64,000 nt of DNA from Histomonas meleagridis 2922-C6/04-290x (Eukaryota; Protista; Parabasalia): contig JAANOX010000069.1 in the NCBI GenBank assembly GCA_020184695.1, positions 1-64,000 of the forward strand. Direction: 5' to 3'. Position numbers and translations under genes: made by a program. Within the stretch, counting starts at the first letter, position 1, and the number at the start of each line of letters is the position of its first letter. Of the stretch, positions 11,220 through 23,185 are shown in pieces. Under the pieces are notes generated by a model. The model worked only from the letters and a program-made list of their open reading frames with translations. It did no database searches and was not told the origin of the DNA.

Positions 11220-12634
11220 AGGTATCCAATGAATTTGCTTTGTTTTTTGTAAAATTTGTGTAATATGTTTCAACATTCACATGAATTCATTAAGCAACGA
11301 ATTTGTTGATTCTTCAGTCCATAATTTTTCAACCTTGAAGAGTAATAACGCTGTGTATTTAAAGTAATTAAATATAGTCATTTTAAGATAGAAGGAAAAC
11401 TGAGAAAACAGAAAGTATTCGGCTAATCGTTTTCGTCATCATCCCGGAGTTAGTGGAGGTAAAGCTGAATTTGTTATTAATGAATGAAATAAAAATTCAA
11501 CAATTATGTGTTGATACATTCAATTAAATAAATGAAACATTAAGTAATATTATGTTAAATAATTAATTCATTAATTTAAAATTGTCACTTTTTTGATTTT
11601 CAAATGGAATGAAAGAGTTGGAACTCAAAAATGTCATCAAATATAATTTTCTATAAAGAATATGGTATCAATTAATTTAATCTCTCTTTTACAAGTTCTA
11701 TATAGTATTATAGAAATTTTTTTTAGATAGCCTAATTTACAATGATTTCTTGTGTGGTAAAATGTTCAAATTTAATAAAATTAACAAAATCATGGTAGTA
11801 TTTAATGAACAGTCATTTATATCCATAAAATATATTGAATCAGAAATAGAAGTATCATATCATATAAGAAAAGAAAATTTTAATAAATACTTTGTTGTAA
11901 AAAAATATCGTAGAAAATTTGGTGATTTCTAAAATAATGAATTCATTCCCTTTGAATCTAGCAATGTTCACTGAAAAAGAAGTAAGGAACGTTGCATATT
12001 GGATATACGTGAATTATAGATTGGATGAATATCCCGAACGAAATGAAGAAATTGAAAATTTTGAAAATTCCAAATTCGAATTTTTCAAATTGGAGTGAAC
12101 GTTAACGTGCATTTGAAAACTCTGTTTGAATAAAACTTTTTGTGTTTATCGGCTTTTTTCATCAGAGATTTAACACTGGCGCTGAAACTGAACCGAAGCC
12201 AAAATAAAATATGTTGTTGTATTTGTTATGAATAGACAATAGTCATTCACAAAATTTCTCCCATCAAGGGAGCTAATGATTTAATCAAGACGATCATAAC
12301 CATTACATGCTTGCCTTTCCTGTTTTGATTCTCTCATTTTAATTAAAAAACTCTTTAACTCAAAAATTTAGTTAAAATGGATAATAATGAATTTTTTTTA
12401 AAGTTGAATAAGATATCTTATGTATACCACCATATTAAACCATGAACATCTTAAAATGGGCACAATATTATTATTATATTAATAGAAGTAAAAAAAGATT
12501 TTTTTATCCATTAACAATAAATTTTAAGCATCACAAAGAGAATTGATGTTATTTACTCATCGAAAAGTTGAAATCATTAAAATTATTTATTGAAGTAATT
12601 ATATGATTTTGAAAAGGTTACACAGAAATGTTTA

Positions 12635-13839
12635 TTAGAATAAAATTAAAAATAATAATGAAAAAATACTTACGACAAAAGCAAGCTGGACAGTTTTTGA
12701 AGTAGCTCCTGATGGAAAAGAATTTGATGTAATATTTGAATTCGTGAATGAAATAGAATATGTGGTAGAATTTGTATATGTTGATGGTGAAGATGTATTT
12801 GCATTTGTAATTGTATTCGAATATGTAAATGTGATCGAATGTGTAATTGTATTCGAATGTGTAAATGTGATCGAATGTGTAATTGTATTCGAATGTGTAA
12901 ATGTGATCGATTCAGGGATTGTGCGTGTTGGCCATGGACCACATTTTTTTCGATTGTGGATCCAATTGATACATTGAATTTACCGAATTTTGTTGAATTA
13001 TAAGAATCTAATGTCATTACATATTTGAGAGGAGTTTCATCAAATGCATCTTCATCAATTTTAGGTTCTGAGTGACCTTTATAATAAACACAAGTTAGAG
13101 ATTTACATTCATAGAATGCATAATGATCAATTGAAACCAGATTTTCACCTATAATAACAACTGATAGATTATAACAAAATGCGAAAACCCCCTGACTGAG
13201 AATAGTTATTGAATTTGGAATTTCGATCTTTTTAAGAGATTTGCAAAAGCTGAATGCACTATACTCAATTGTAGTTATGTTATTTCCAAAGGTGACATCT
13301 GATAAATCAAAACAACGAAAAAATGCATATCTTCCAATTGTAGTGAGTGAATTTGGTAATTTAATTTGCACAAGTGAACAAGCTGAAAATGCTTCCGTGC
13401 CAATACTGGTCAGTTTTTCGTTAAAAATTACTTCCGATAAGTTGTGGCATTCCTTAAATGAATATTGATAAATTTTAATCAATTTTTCATTGAAAATAAC
13501 TTTTGATAATTTAATGCAGCCAAAAAATGCGCCTTCACCAACTGTAGTAACATTTGGGCCAAAGGCAACATATGACAAATTTGTGCAACTAAAAAATGTA
13601 TCATTACCAATATGAGATAATGAATTTCCAATTTGAACAGTTGCTAGATTACCCCACTCACTAAATGCATCGGGTGGAGTTGAAGTAATATTATCACCGA
13701 TAATCAAAGTTAATGTTTCTTTTTTGTAGGTAGATGCATTTTTAAAATCTTCCATGGTTTCTATTGTAAGTGTTTTTGTTTGATTATCAAATTTTCCAAA
13801 TGTGGGTACTATTAGATAGTAAAATATCAGAGCAATCAT
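12635..13839 (-). CDS. BspA-like (TpLRR) surface protein with Thr/Ser stalk and hydrophobic C-terminal tail; 1-nt frameshift at ~12944-12950
   Basis: Signal peptide and LRR_5 repeats (LTTIGRYAFFRC, ITTIEYSAFSFC). Adding one A to the A7 tract gives KCGPWPTRTIPESITFTHSNTITH...VQLAFVVSIFSLLFLILF* ending at 12635. Confidence 0.85.
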
Positions 13840-13865
13840 TCTTAATACTACGAAAATAAAATAAT

Positions 13866-13876
13866 AGTGAAAATGA
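13866..13876 (-). promoter_or_regulatory. Trichomonad initiator (Inr) motifs upstream of BspA
   Basis: TCATTTTCACT about 27 nt before the ATG. Similar motifs precede ATGs at 8968, 22513, 28837, 30506 and 41088. Confidence 0.55.
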
Positions 13877-16519
13877 TTTGTGAGTACAAAAAATAAGACA
13901 CAAAAGTATTATTCTAAGACTTAAGACAAATACTTCCTTTCAAAAATTTCACTTCAAAAAAGAAATTACTGGTAAATATCTTCAAAATGAAAATAAATAT
14001 TAAGATAAATATGGAAGTTTTCTTTGATTTTAATGATGTACATTATGATTATGTATTATCGATTAAGAAATAATACTGTTAATACTGTTAAACCGTAGTT
14101 CAAAATCAAATAAAAGGAAAATAAACTATAAAGATTTTATTATTTATATGAATAAAATATTTTATAATATTATGACTTTGTTTCTTGTGACAAATAAAAA
14201 TAGCTTATTTTTTTTTTGGCAAATATGTTTTTTTACGAATGAATTCATTTTTTCAAAAAATCAATGTATTGAAATTCAGATCAATTTCTCAACACATTAT
14301 TTTAAAGTTCAATTTCTTTTTAAAATAAAAGAATTGATTTTATGTATTAAGTATTTGAAAAAATAAAAATTAAAAAGATGGCAAAGGGATATTTTTATAA
14401 TTTGAACTCATTAACAAAAAAATTGATGTTATATGATATGATAAATGATTTGTGTTACGAATAAAATAGACATCAAACATCGGATTGGAAATTTAAATTT
14501 TTAAAAATAATTATGTCATTCCCCATATGCTATCGGTGAACGATAGATGGAAAAGGTTCGAATATTCCAAAATAATTTTCGATGAATTTATTAAAGTTAT
14601 AAAAAACTTTTTTAATACAATTTTAATTAATGATTAGTAAAAAAAAATTCTAAATATGAGTATAGAAAAATATAGAGAGAATCAGGTAATAAAGTATCGA
14701 TGATGATATAGAAAATTCAATGTAAAAAATAATGTTTAATTATTTTATCAACACAGAAATGATATTGATATACATATTATAACAAAATTGTCCGAGGTCT
14801 TCGAAGTTAATATTTTTTGCAAATTTGTTAATGATACATTCATTAGCATCAAAAGTTGCACTCACAAAATTATTGTATTTAATGCTACTCCAACAGACAT
14901 ATGTAATAATAATGGTGTTAATGATTTCCTCGTTTTATGAAATCATGCATTCATTGACGCTTCATGTGTTTTTGTTCCATGCTCTTTTAAGACCTCCAAC
15001 AACTTATGGTAAAAAACAATCTAACATTTCGCAATAATTTTCTGTGCTTAGTAAGAGCTGCATGAAAATATAAATAAAAGAGAGACAAATAAAATGATAA
15101 TACAAATAAATAGGATATAGTTTGTGTTATAGTTGTTAATAATATCAAGCTTATATTTGTAATCTCATCATTCTAAAAACATGTATATGATTCATATTGA
15201 CTACTATTAATTTTAATAAAACGAAATAGTGAAATTTTAAATTGTGTACCTTACCTTAATTTATCGATATAATTAAGTACATAAGTATTTCAATTAAATA
15301 TATTTATATCAAATTATATATATTCATTGAGTATTGTTTTAATTTTTTGGACATTTTTATTAAAATTAAAGGTTAGAGAAAGCATAACCAGTGTATGATT
15401 TGTTATGGGATCGAAAACTAAAATAAGTGTTTAACAGTTTCATATCAAATAACACAAAGAATATTATCAAAAATTAAATACAAATTATAAATTATAATGG
15501 ATAAATATATTAATCATATGAAAAAATAAAATTTTATTTTTAACATTAATGTTAACATTAATAATAATCAATATGATTTGAAAAAAAAAAATATTATTTT
15601 AAAACATGATGCATTTTTGTGAAATTGATTCTCAGGAGAAAAATGATTGTTTTTACCATGTAAGCACATAAAAATATAAAATAAAATTTAAAATCTAAAA
15701 AATCAAAAATAAAATACTTTAAATATATATAGAATTTAAGAAAAATGGTGAAAAAAAACCGAAACAAAGGCATTTGAAATGAGGTCATATCTCTTCTATT
15801 TAATCATAATTTCTATAGATAATTATATAAATAATTTTAATATTTAATGGCAAAAAAATATTATAATCAAAAATTTAAAATAATGGAAATAGCCAAAGTA
15901 GATATATCAAATTAAATCACTTTTTCTCAAAATCTGTAGAACAAAAATTCACATAACTTTATAATTGCATAATACTAAACAGTCCAACATATGTTTAAAT
16001 TTATATTTGATTTGCTAGTATAGAAATTTTTTGGGTTATATCCTGCTAATGTGAATTATCTAGCCGATAGGGAAATTGAATAACAAACGATTATTTCTAT
16101 TTCAATTTCTGAAGATGTAGCTCTGTTTGGGATCTGTAAAAATGTTAACATTAATAATAATCAATAGCTTAATGTTGATGTGGTTGAACATCTGTTGCAG
16201 TATTTAACGCATTAAGTAAATCAGTTGTGACAAGTTTGGAAACTTTTTGGTCAATGCAAAAGGGCGCCAAATTAACTTTTTGTGAGAAAATTTAAACAAT
16301 AGTTTTTGAATTAAAAAAAGGCGAAAACAATTGGGACAATCGCTAAAAAATACGATTCACTTTTTGTGAATAATATGATCGTATATACATTCAAATTTGT
16401 ATTCGTATTTCGGTTTTGGGTTAAAATTTCCATTGAAAAAGTTGTTGTAAGGTCGCGCCAAAGGTAGGTAAAAGTAGCGCCAATCTTATAATTTTATTTG
16501 GATTACCCAAATACTACCT

Positions 16520-16871
16520 ATTATACTAGAAATGTTATCAATTGTTACCAATTATACTAGAAATGTTACCAATTATTATCAATTATACTAGAAATGTTAT
16601 CAATTGTTACCAATTATACTATAAATGGTACCAATTATTACCAATTATATTATAAATGGTACCAATTATTACCAATTATACTATAAATGTTACCAATTAT
16701 TACCAATTATACTAGAAATGTTACCAATTATACTATAAATGTTACCAATTATTACCAATTATACTAGAAATGTTACCAATTATACTATAAATGTTACCAA
16801 TTATTACCAATTATACTATAAATGTTACCAATTATTACCAATTATACTATAAATGTTACCAATTATTACCA
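16520..16871. repeat. Composite minisatellite (10-bp aattattacc and 21-bp aattatacta(g/t)aaatgttacc subunits)
   Basis: Visible tandem array inside the MULE. No open frame found in the readings checked. Confidence 0.9.
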
Positions 16872-17117
16872 AATGCTTCCGAATGTTTTATTACATCTTA
16901 AATCATTTCCCCGAACATTATTATATTTTCAAATTACTTCATTTTTTAATTTCACATTTTAATTACTTTATTTTCTAATGTTTCATTCATATTTTTTGTT
17001 ATTTGATTCTTAATTTATTACTTATTTAGAATTATTTTTATATTATTAATTTATTTTATATATTTTATTTATTTATTTATTATTTATTATTTAAAATTAA
17101 AAAATATATAAATTTTA

Positions 17118-18972
17118 TTATATATAAGAAGTTGAGTTAGCTAATGGGCACCTTGGTGCTGTATGACCTTTCTGCCCACATATGCTACATCTATACTGCT
17201 TTTTTTTCCTTGGTGCTCCAAATTCAGTATTATTTCTTGGATGTGTTTGAGGTCGACCAGGAACTAAAAGATTTGGCGGTGGAAGTATTTCTTCATCTAT
17301 GCCAGATCGATGTTCAATCGAGGACGAATTATCTAGGGTTGCATGCAAAATATCCTGGATTTTTTGATTCTTCGAAGCAGAACTGAAATATCTCTCAAAT
17401 TTTGCAACACAATTTGAATACGATTAATCAGAATCATTTGTTTTATTTTTTTGAACAGTAACCACACTATTATCAATTAAATTCATATTTAAATTATCAG
17501 AATGTCTCCATCTTGGGAGGAAATCATCAAGTGAAAGGAGAGGCATTCTATCTTCTTTAATTCTTTCTAAGAGAAGATGCTTACATGGAATTCCAAACAT
17601 AATACAAATATTGCATCATTCCGAATTGTATTCACCAATGCATCCAACTCTATTCATTCCATTGTATTCATTTAAAACAATGCTAAGTGCAACTGATCCT
17701 ATTTTTAATGCATCTTCTTTCAAAATAATGTCATCAGGCATTTCAATTTGTTTATCTGATGCTGATAATATTCTTAATCTTTCACCCCTTAAATATACAG
17801 CGCGAAATATCAATGGTAGGAGAAGAATTTGATGATCAGTTAAGTTTTTTAGGCTACCAAAGAAACCTCCAACTCGTTTTGAAGTATTATTGTCAGCGTG
17901 CATGTATTTATTTTTTATAGACTTGGTAGCCAATGTTCTTTTTCTTCGAGGAGGTGTATTAATATATTAGCACCTTTAGTATTTGGATTATCATTAATAT
18001 ATTTTTCGCAATAAGCAATAAACTCTGTTTCTTCAATTTGCTTATTGCACATTTTTTCATAACTAACATACAGTTCAGCATTGATACTTATCAAATTCCT
18101 TCCGATATGAATCGAGCAGTATATAATTAATGTATTCCGCCATACTTTTCTAATTGCATTAATTTGTGTTGGATTTCTGTCACAAACAAAAAGCCTAATT
18201 TCGCCAACATTTTCTTTAACATTAAAAAATAGTCAATAAATGTTTTTTGAATTCGATTTTCAATGAAGGAAAATGAAAGAACTTGATTTCTTCCATTTTC
18301 ATCTTCACATAGCATCACTAATAAAGGAAGTCCGTAATAATTAGTGCAAGATGTATCGTCTACAATACATATATCGTTGGAAATTGGGCTCAAACATATC
18401 GGAAGATGATGAACATAGCATCCGCTAGATACTTTATTATCAATTAACATGATACTATTTTAATTTTTCCATAGATTCATTTCTTTTTGTAAGTTTTCCA
18501 TTTCATTAATTTTATCATTATTTAAAATTGATCTTCTAGCGCCATATAAGACATCTTTAGTGCATAAAAGATTCATATTTAATCGAATTTTTCCTGATGT
18601 CACTCCTTGCATTGTGGCTTCGTTAATTTGTGCTCGTTGTAAAGTTGTGAGTGAATTTTGTTTTCTATGGTTAGGTTTTGAATTAACACTGTAAGTATGC
18701 TTTTTATCAATTGAAATAATTTTTACAATTCCATTAATAAGTTGAAATCTTGCTTCAACTTTGCAATTATATATTGTTCTTTTGTGACAACAAGCAAAAA
18801 TTTGTGTTTTTCTTTATTTACCTGTGGAAAAAGCTATTAATTTGCTGCCATATAATTCAAATATTTCAATAACTCGCGTTACTAAAGAATCAAGTGAATT
18901 CATTGCTGTACTATCGAGTTTTTTATATGCATCGATCATATTTTTTGGCGTCAAAAAGCTTTGATCTTCCAT
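17118..18972 (-). pseudogene. MULE transposase pseudogene with SWIM-like motif and C-terminal CCHC zinc knuckle
   Basis: CIVDDTSCTNYYGLP (D), LFVCDRN (D), IIYCSIH (CxxH), NNTSKRVGGFF (catalytic E mutated to G), CNICIMFGIPCKH and CSICGQKGHTAPRC. Several frameshifts. Confidence 0.85.
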
Positions 18973-19408
18973 TGATGACAAAATGAGATAAAGACGATTA
19001 TAAATCAATCAAAAAATGGAAATATTTAATAACTTTACAATGACAATTTTTTCGCAATCGAAATTCAAACCGAAATACAAATTTGAATGTATATACGATC
19101 ATATTATTCACAAAAAGTGAATTGTATTTTTTAGCGATTGCCCAAACAATTGTTGGCTATAGTTTTGCGATAAATCAGGATTAAATTAGTCAAACATTCG
19201 AAGTTTCTTGAATAATATCATCTGTTAATGAGAAAAATCACTGAATAATTGGCAAATTATTTTTTTCCATTTTTCAATTTAGTTGCATAAATCGAAAAAA
19301 ATCGCATAGTTTCGTTAGGAAAAAGATTCTCATTCATCTTCAAACAGTTCAACACATTTTGCGATAAACAATTAGCAAAAACTTAAGTTAACTCGTGTGT
19401 TTGTTTAC

Positions 19409-22324
19409 TTATGCATCAATCAGTTCGGCGTCGATTGTGTACCTGAGTGGGTCATGCCAACTGTCGTCGGACATTCCATAGTAGTCTTTGCTTCTGAAGC
19501 GCTTGAAGTATATGAATATACCAACGCCAATCGCTGCAAGTGCAATGACAGGCAACACAACTGCAAGAGCAATTTTCGTTGCTTTGCTTCCGTTGGACTG
19601 TTCGGTTTGAGTAGAGTTTGTTGGCTCTGGTGAATGGGTCGGCGTTTCTGTGGGCGCTGTAATGGTTTGCGTTTGCGTTGCTGTTTGTGTTTCTGTTTCT
19701 GTTTGAGTTTGTGTTTCTGTTTGAGTTTCAGTTTCAGTTTCTGTTTGAGTTTGTGTTTCTGTTTGAGTTTGAGTTTCTGTTTGAGTTTGTGTTTCTGTTT
19801 GAGTTTGTGTTTGTGTTTGTGTTTCTGTTTGAGTTTCTGTTTCAGTTTCTGTTTGAGTTTGTGTTTCTGTTTGAGTTTGAGTTTCTGTTTGAGTTTGTGT
19901 TTCTGTTTGAGTTTGTGTTTGTGTTTGTGTTTCTGTTTGAGTTTCTGTTTCTGTTTGAGTTTGTGTTTCTGTTTGAGTTTCTGTTTCAGTTTGTGTTTCT
20001 GTTTGAGTTTCTGTTTCTGTTTGTGTTTGTGTTTCTGTTTGTGTTTCAGTTTGTGTTTGTGTTTGAGTTTCTGTTTGTGTTTGTGTTTCTGTTTGTGTTT
20101 GTGTTTCTGTTTGTGTTTCAGTTTGAGTTTCTGTTTCTGTTTCAGTTGAGGTTTCGCTTGTAAACTCGGTTGAATATTCTGTTGAAGTTTCGTTTGTAAA
20201 TTCAGTTGTTTCTGTTGTTACTTCTGTTGATGTTTCGTTTGTAAATTCAGTTGTTTCTGTTGGATATTCTGTTGATGTTTCATTTGTATATTCAGTTGTT
20301 TCTGTTGTTACTTCTGTTGATGTTTCGTTTGTAAATTCAGTTGTTTCTGTTGGATATTCTGTTGAAGTTTCGTTTGTATATTCAGTTGTTTCTGTTGTTA
20401 CTTCTGTTGATGTTTCATTTGTAAATTCAGTTGTTTCTGTTGGATATTCTGTTGATGTTTCATTTGTAAATTCAGTTGTTTCTGTTGTTACTTCTGTTGA
20501 TGTTTCGTTTGTATATTCAGTTGAATATTCTGTTGATGTTTCGTTTGTAAATTCAGTTGAATATTCTATTGATGTTTCGTTTGTAAATTCAGTTGAATAT
20601 TCTGTTGATGTTTCATTTGTATATTCAGTTGTTTCAGTCGGATATTCTGTTGATGTTTCGTTTGTAAATTCAGTTGTTTCTGTTGTTACTTCTGTTGATG
20701 TTTCGTTTGTAAATTCAGTTGTTTCTGTTGTTACTTCTGTTGATGTTTCGTTTGTAAATTCAGTTGTTTCAGTTGGATATTCTGTTGATGTTTCATTTGT
20801 ATATTCAGTTGTTTCTGTTGTTACTTCTGTTGATGTTTCATTTGTAAATTCAGTTGTTTCTGTTGGATATTCTGTTGATGTTTCGTTTGTATATTCAGTT
20901 GTTTCTGTTGGATATTCTGTTGATGTTTCGTTTGTATATTCAGTTGTTTCTGTTGTTACTTCTGTTGATGTTTCATTTGTAAATTCAGTTGTTTCTGTTG
21001 TTACTTCTGTTGATGTTTCATTTGTAAATTCAGTTGTTTCTGTTGGATATTCTGTTGATGTTTCGTTTGTATATTCAGTTGTTTCTGTTGGATATTCTGT
21101 TGATGTTTCGTTTGTAAATTCAGTTGTTTCTGTTGGATATTCTGTTGATGTTTCGTTTGTAAATTCAGTTGTTTCTGTTGTTACTTCTGTTGATGTTTCA
21201 TTTGTAAATTCAGTTGTTTCTGTTGGATATTCTGTTGATGTTTCGTTTGTAAATTCAGTTGTTTCTGTTGTTACTTCTGTTGATGTTTCATTTGTAAATT
21301 CAGTTGTTTCTGTTGGATATTCTGTTGATGTTTCGTTTGTATATTCAGTTGTTTCTGTTGTTACTTCTGTTGATGATTCTGTTGTTGGTATCTCAGATGA
21401 TGATTCTGTTGTTGTTACTTCAGTTGATGATTCTGTTGTTGGTATCTCAGATGTTGATATTTCTGTTGATGATTCCGTTGTTGGTATCTCAGATGATGAT
21501 TCTGTTGTTGTTACTTCAGTTGATGATTCTGTTGGTATCTCAGATGTTGATTCTGTTGTTGTTACTTCAGTTGATGATTCTGTTGGTATCTCAGATGTTG
21601 ATTCTGTTGTTGTTACTTCTGTTGGTATTTCTGATGTTGGTATCTCAGATGATGATTCTGTTGTTGTTACTTCAGTTGATGATTCTGTTGGTATCTCAGA
21701 TGATGATTCTGTTGGTATCTCAGATGATGATTCTGTTGTTGGTATCTCAGATGATGATTCTGTTGTTGTTACTTCAGTTGATGATTCTGTTGTTGGTATC
21801 TCAGATGATGATTCTGTTGTTGTTACTTCTGTTGATGATTCTGTTGGTATTTCTGATGATGATTCCGTTGTTGTTACTTCTGTTGGTATTTCTGATGTTG
21901 TTACTTCAGTTGATGATTCTGTTGGTATTTCTGATGATGATTCTGTTGGTATTTCTGATGATGATTCTGTTGGTATTTCTGATGATGATTCTGTTGTTGT
22001 TACTTCAGTTGATGATTCTGTTGTTGGTATTTCTGATGATGATTCTGTTGGTATTTCTGATGATGATTCTGTTGTTGGTTTTTCAGATGATGATTCTGTT
22101 GTTGACACTTCTGTTGATACTTCAGATAATGTTTCTGTTGTTGCTGCTTCTGTTGATGTTTCTGGATTAGGTAATTTGGTAATTATTTGAGTTTCTTCAT
22201 TTATGAGATTGTGAATAATGTTATTTTGTATCTTTGAAAAGCCACTAAGCTTCGAGTATTTTTCATTGTTGTTAGTTGCTGCAATTTGGATATTGAAAAT
22301 GGCTAGGACAGCGAGCAGAACCAT
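19409..22324 (-). CDS. Mucin-like Thr/Glu/Ser-rich type I membrane protein (~971 aa from Met28 of the track ORF)
   Basis: Signal peptide MVLLAVLAIFNIQIAA, three repeat blocks, TM IALAVVLPVIALAAIGVGIFIYF followed by KRFR and a short cytosolic tail. Confidence 0.9.
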   Translation of the reverse strand: MVLLAVLAIFNIQIAATNNNEKYSKLSGFSKIQNNIIHNLINEETQIITKLPNPETSTEAATTETLSEVSTEVSTTESSSEKPTTESSSEIPTESSSEIPTTESSTEVTTTESSSEIPTESSSEIPTESSSEIPTESSTEVTTSEIPTEVTTTESSSEIPTESSTEVTTTESSSEIPTTESSTEVTTTESSSEIPTTESSSEIPTESSSEIPTESSTEVTTTESSSEIPTSEIPTEVTTTESTSEIPTESSTEVTTTESTSEIPTESSTEVTTTESSSEIPTTESSTEISTSEIPTTESSTEVTTTESSSEIPTTESSTEVTTETTEYTNETSTEYPTETTEFTNETSTEVTTETTEFTNETSTEYPTETTEFTNETSTEVTTETTEFTNETSTEYPTETTEFTNETSTEYPTETTEYTNETSTEYPTETTEFTNETSTEVTTETTEFTNETSTEVTTETTEYTNETSTEYPTETTEYTNETSTEYPTETTEFTNETSTEVTTETTEYTNETSTEYPTETTEFTNETSTEVTTETTEFTNETSTEVTTETTEFTNETSTEYPTETTEYTNETSTEYSTEFTNETSIEYSTEFTNETSTEYSTEYTNETSTEVTTETTEFTNETSTEYPTETTEFTNETSTEVTTETTEYTNETSTEYPTETTEFTNETSTEVTTETTEYTNETSTEYPTETTEFTNETSTEVTTETTEFTNETSTEYSTEFTSETSTETETETQTETQTETQTQTETQTQTETQTQTQTETQTETQTQTETETQTETQTETETQTETQTQTETETQTETQTQTQTQTETQTQTETQTQTETQTQTETETETQTETQTQTQTQTETQTQTETQTQTETQTQTETETETQTETQTQTETETQTATQTQTITAPTETPTHSPEPTNSTQTEQSNGSKATKIALAVVLPVIALAAIGVGIFIYFKRFRSKDYYGMSDDSWHDPLRYTIDAELIDA
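19670..22140 (-). repeat. Coding tandem repeats: TTESSSEIP-type, TETTE(F/Y)TNETSTE(Y/V)-type and TQ/TE dipeptide blocks
   Basis: Directly visible at ~22140-21370, ~21350-20160 and ~20150-19670. Confidence 0.95.
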
Positions 22325-22512
22325 TTGCTGTATTCGAGCGGTTGTGTTCCAAGAAAAAACAGCTGTTAAAAAGTAAACTATTGAATTTGAAAAAATAAAC
22401 GGCACAGCCTGTCAAACAATGGCAGGAAATTTAAATAGTTTACTCTGTAATTTGTCGTTAGAAATTTTCTGATCGTTTGTGACTATCGGCCTCAAAAAAA
22501 TACGAAATCACA

Positions 22513-23040
22513 ATGATTGTTTCCAATTTTCAATTCCTTGGAATTAATTTAGAGTTTAATTGGAAAAAGGATAATAAAAATAGGTGGTTGATCAATTCAA
22601 TTTCATCAGGCAAGAAAAAGATCTCATCTAATTTTCCTGATGACCTTCAAAAATCCATAAAAGATGTTGAAAGCTTAATCGCGTCGTGGCGTGATGGAAT
22701 AGTTGAAAATCTCCCTATTGATTTGTTAGATTTTGAAGGTTATCAAATGACAGATAACCAAAAAAAAGTTCTCTTAACTCTTTATCATGAAGTTCCTCGA
22801 GGACACATTATAACATATAAAGAACTTGGGATTAAGGCTGGGTTTGGTCCTTCTTCATCTCGTTTCATTGGAAATACGATGAAAGCTAATCCTTGGCCAC
22901 TCTTTATTCCTTGTCATAGAGTTCTTCCATCCACGTACAAAATAGGCAATTACAGCCTCAATGGACCATCTTTTAAAGAAAAACTTTTGCGAATGGAAGG
23001 AATTAAAATTAAAAAAGGATTTTGTCAGAACAAAAGTTAA
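22513..23040 (+). CDS. MGMT: O6-methylguanine-DNA methyltransferase (Ogt/MGMT family)
   Basis: VPRGHIITYKELG...RFIGNTMKANPWPLFIPCHRV, with the active-site PCHR intact. Confidence 0.92.
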   Translation: MIVSNFQFLGINLEFNWKKDNKNRWLINSISSGKKKISSNFPDDLQKSIKDVESLIASWRDGIVENLPIDLLDFEGYQMTDNQKKVLLTLYHEVPRGHIITYKELGIKAGFGPSSSRFIGNTMKANPWPLFIPCHRVLPSTYKIGNYSLNGPSFKEKLLRMEGIKIKKGFCQNKS

Positions 23041-23185
23041 AGCCCTTTAGGATTTACAATTAAAATTTCCAAATAAGTGTATGTATAATAAACATAAAAG
23101 GTGTCTACAGGTTTTATTCTTTGCGAACAAATTCCCTTTACTAAAAAGTGGCAAATATGAAAAAAGTGACATGCAGAGAACCTAA

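Larger units (their letters stand above)
16333..19143 (-). mobile_element. Full-length Mutator-like element with ~100-bp TIRs and an 8-bp TSD (AAACAATT)
   Basis: GGG...CCC termini. 16333-~16430 is the inverted repeat of ~19050-19143. AAACAATT lies at 16325-16332 and at 19144-19151. Confidence 0.85.

Noticed and set aside
12744-12977. Plus-strand ORF with VIECVIVFECVN repeats
   Set aside because: It is the antisense of the BspA Thr/Ser stalk repeats.
13900-15500. Short ORFs of 60-75 aa in AT-rich intergenic DNA (also 11750-11932, 57760-57978)
   Set aside because: They show no motifs, mostly non-ATG starts and a composition typical of non-coding sequence.
18062-18073. ACTAACATACAG, matching the trichomonad intron branch/3' splice motif
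   Set aside because: It is antisense to the MULE transposase, with no nearby 5' splice site or plus-strand gene.
19634-22170. Long antisense ORFs (poly CLCF, FVFLFE, MILLL)
   Set aside because: These are shadows of the mucin's repeat codons on the opposite strand, with no independent coding signal.
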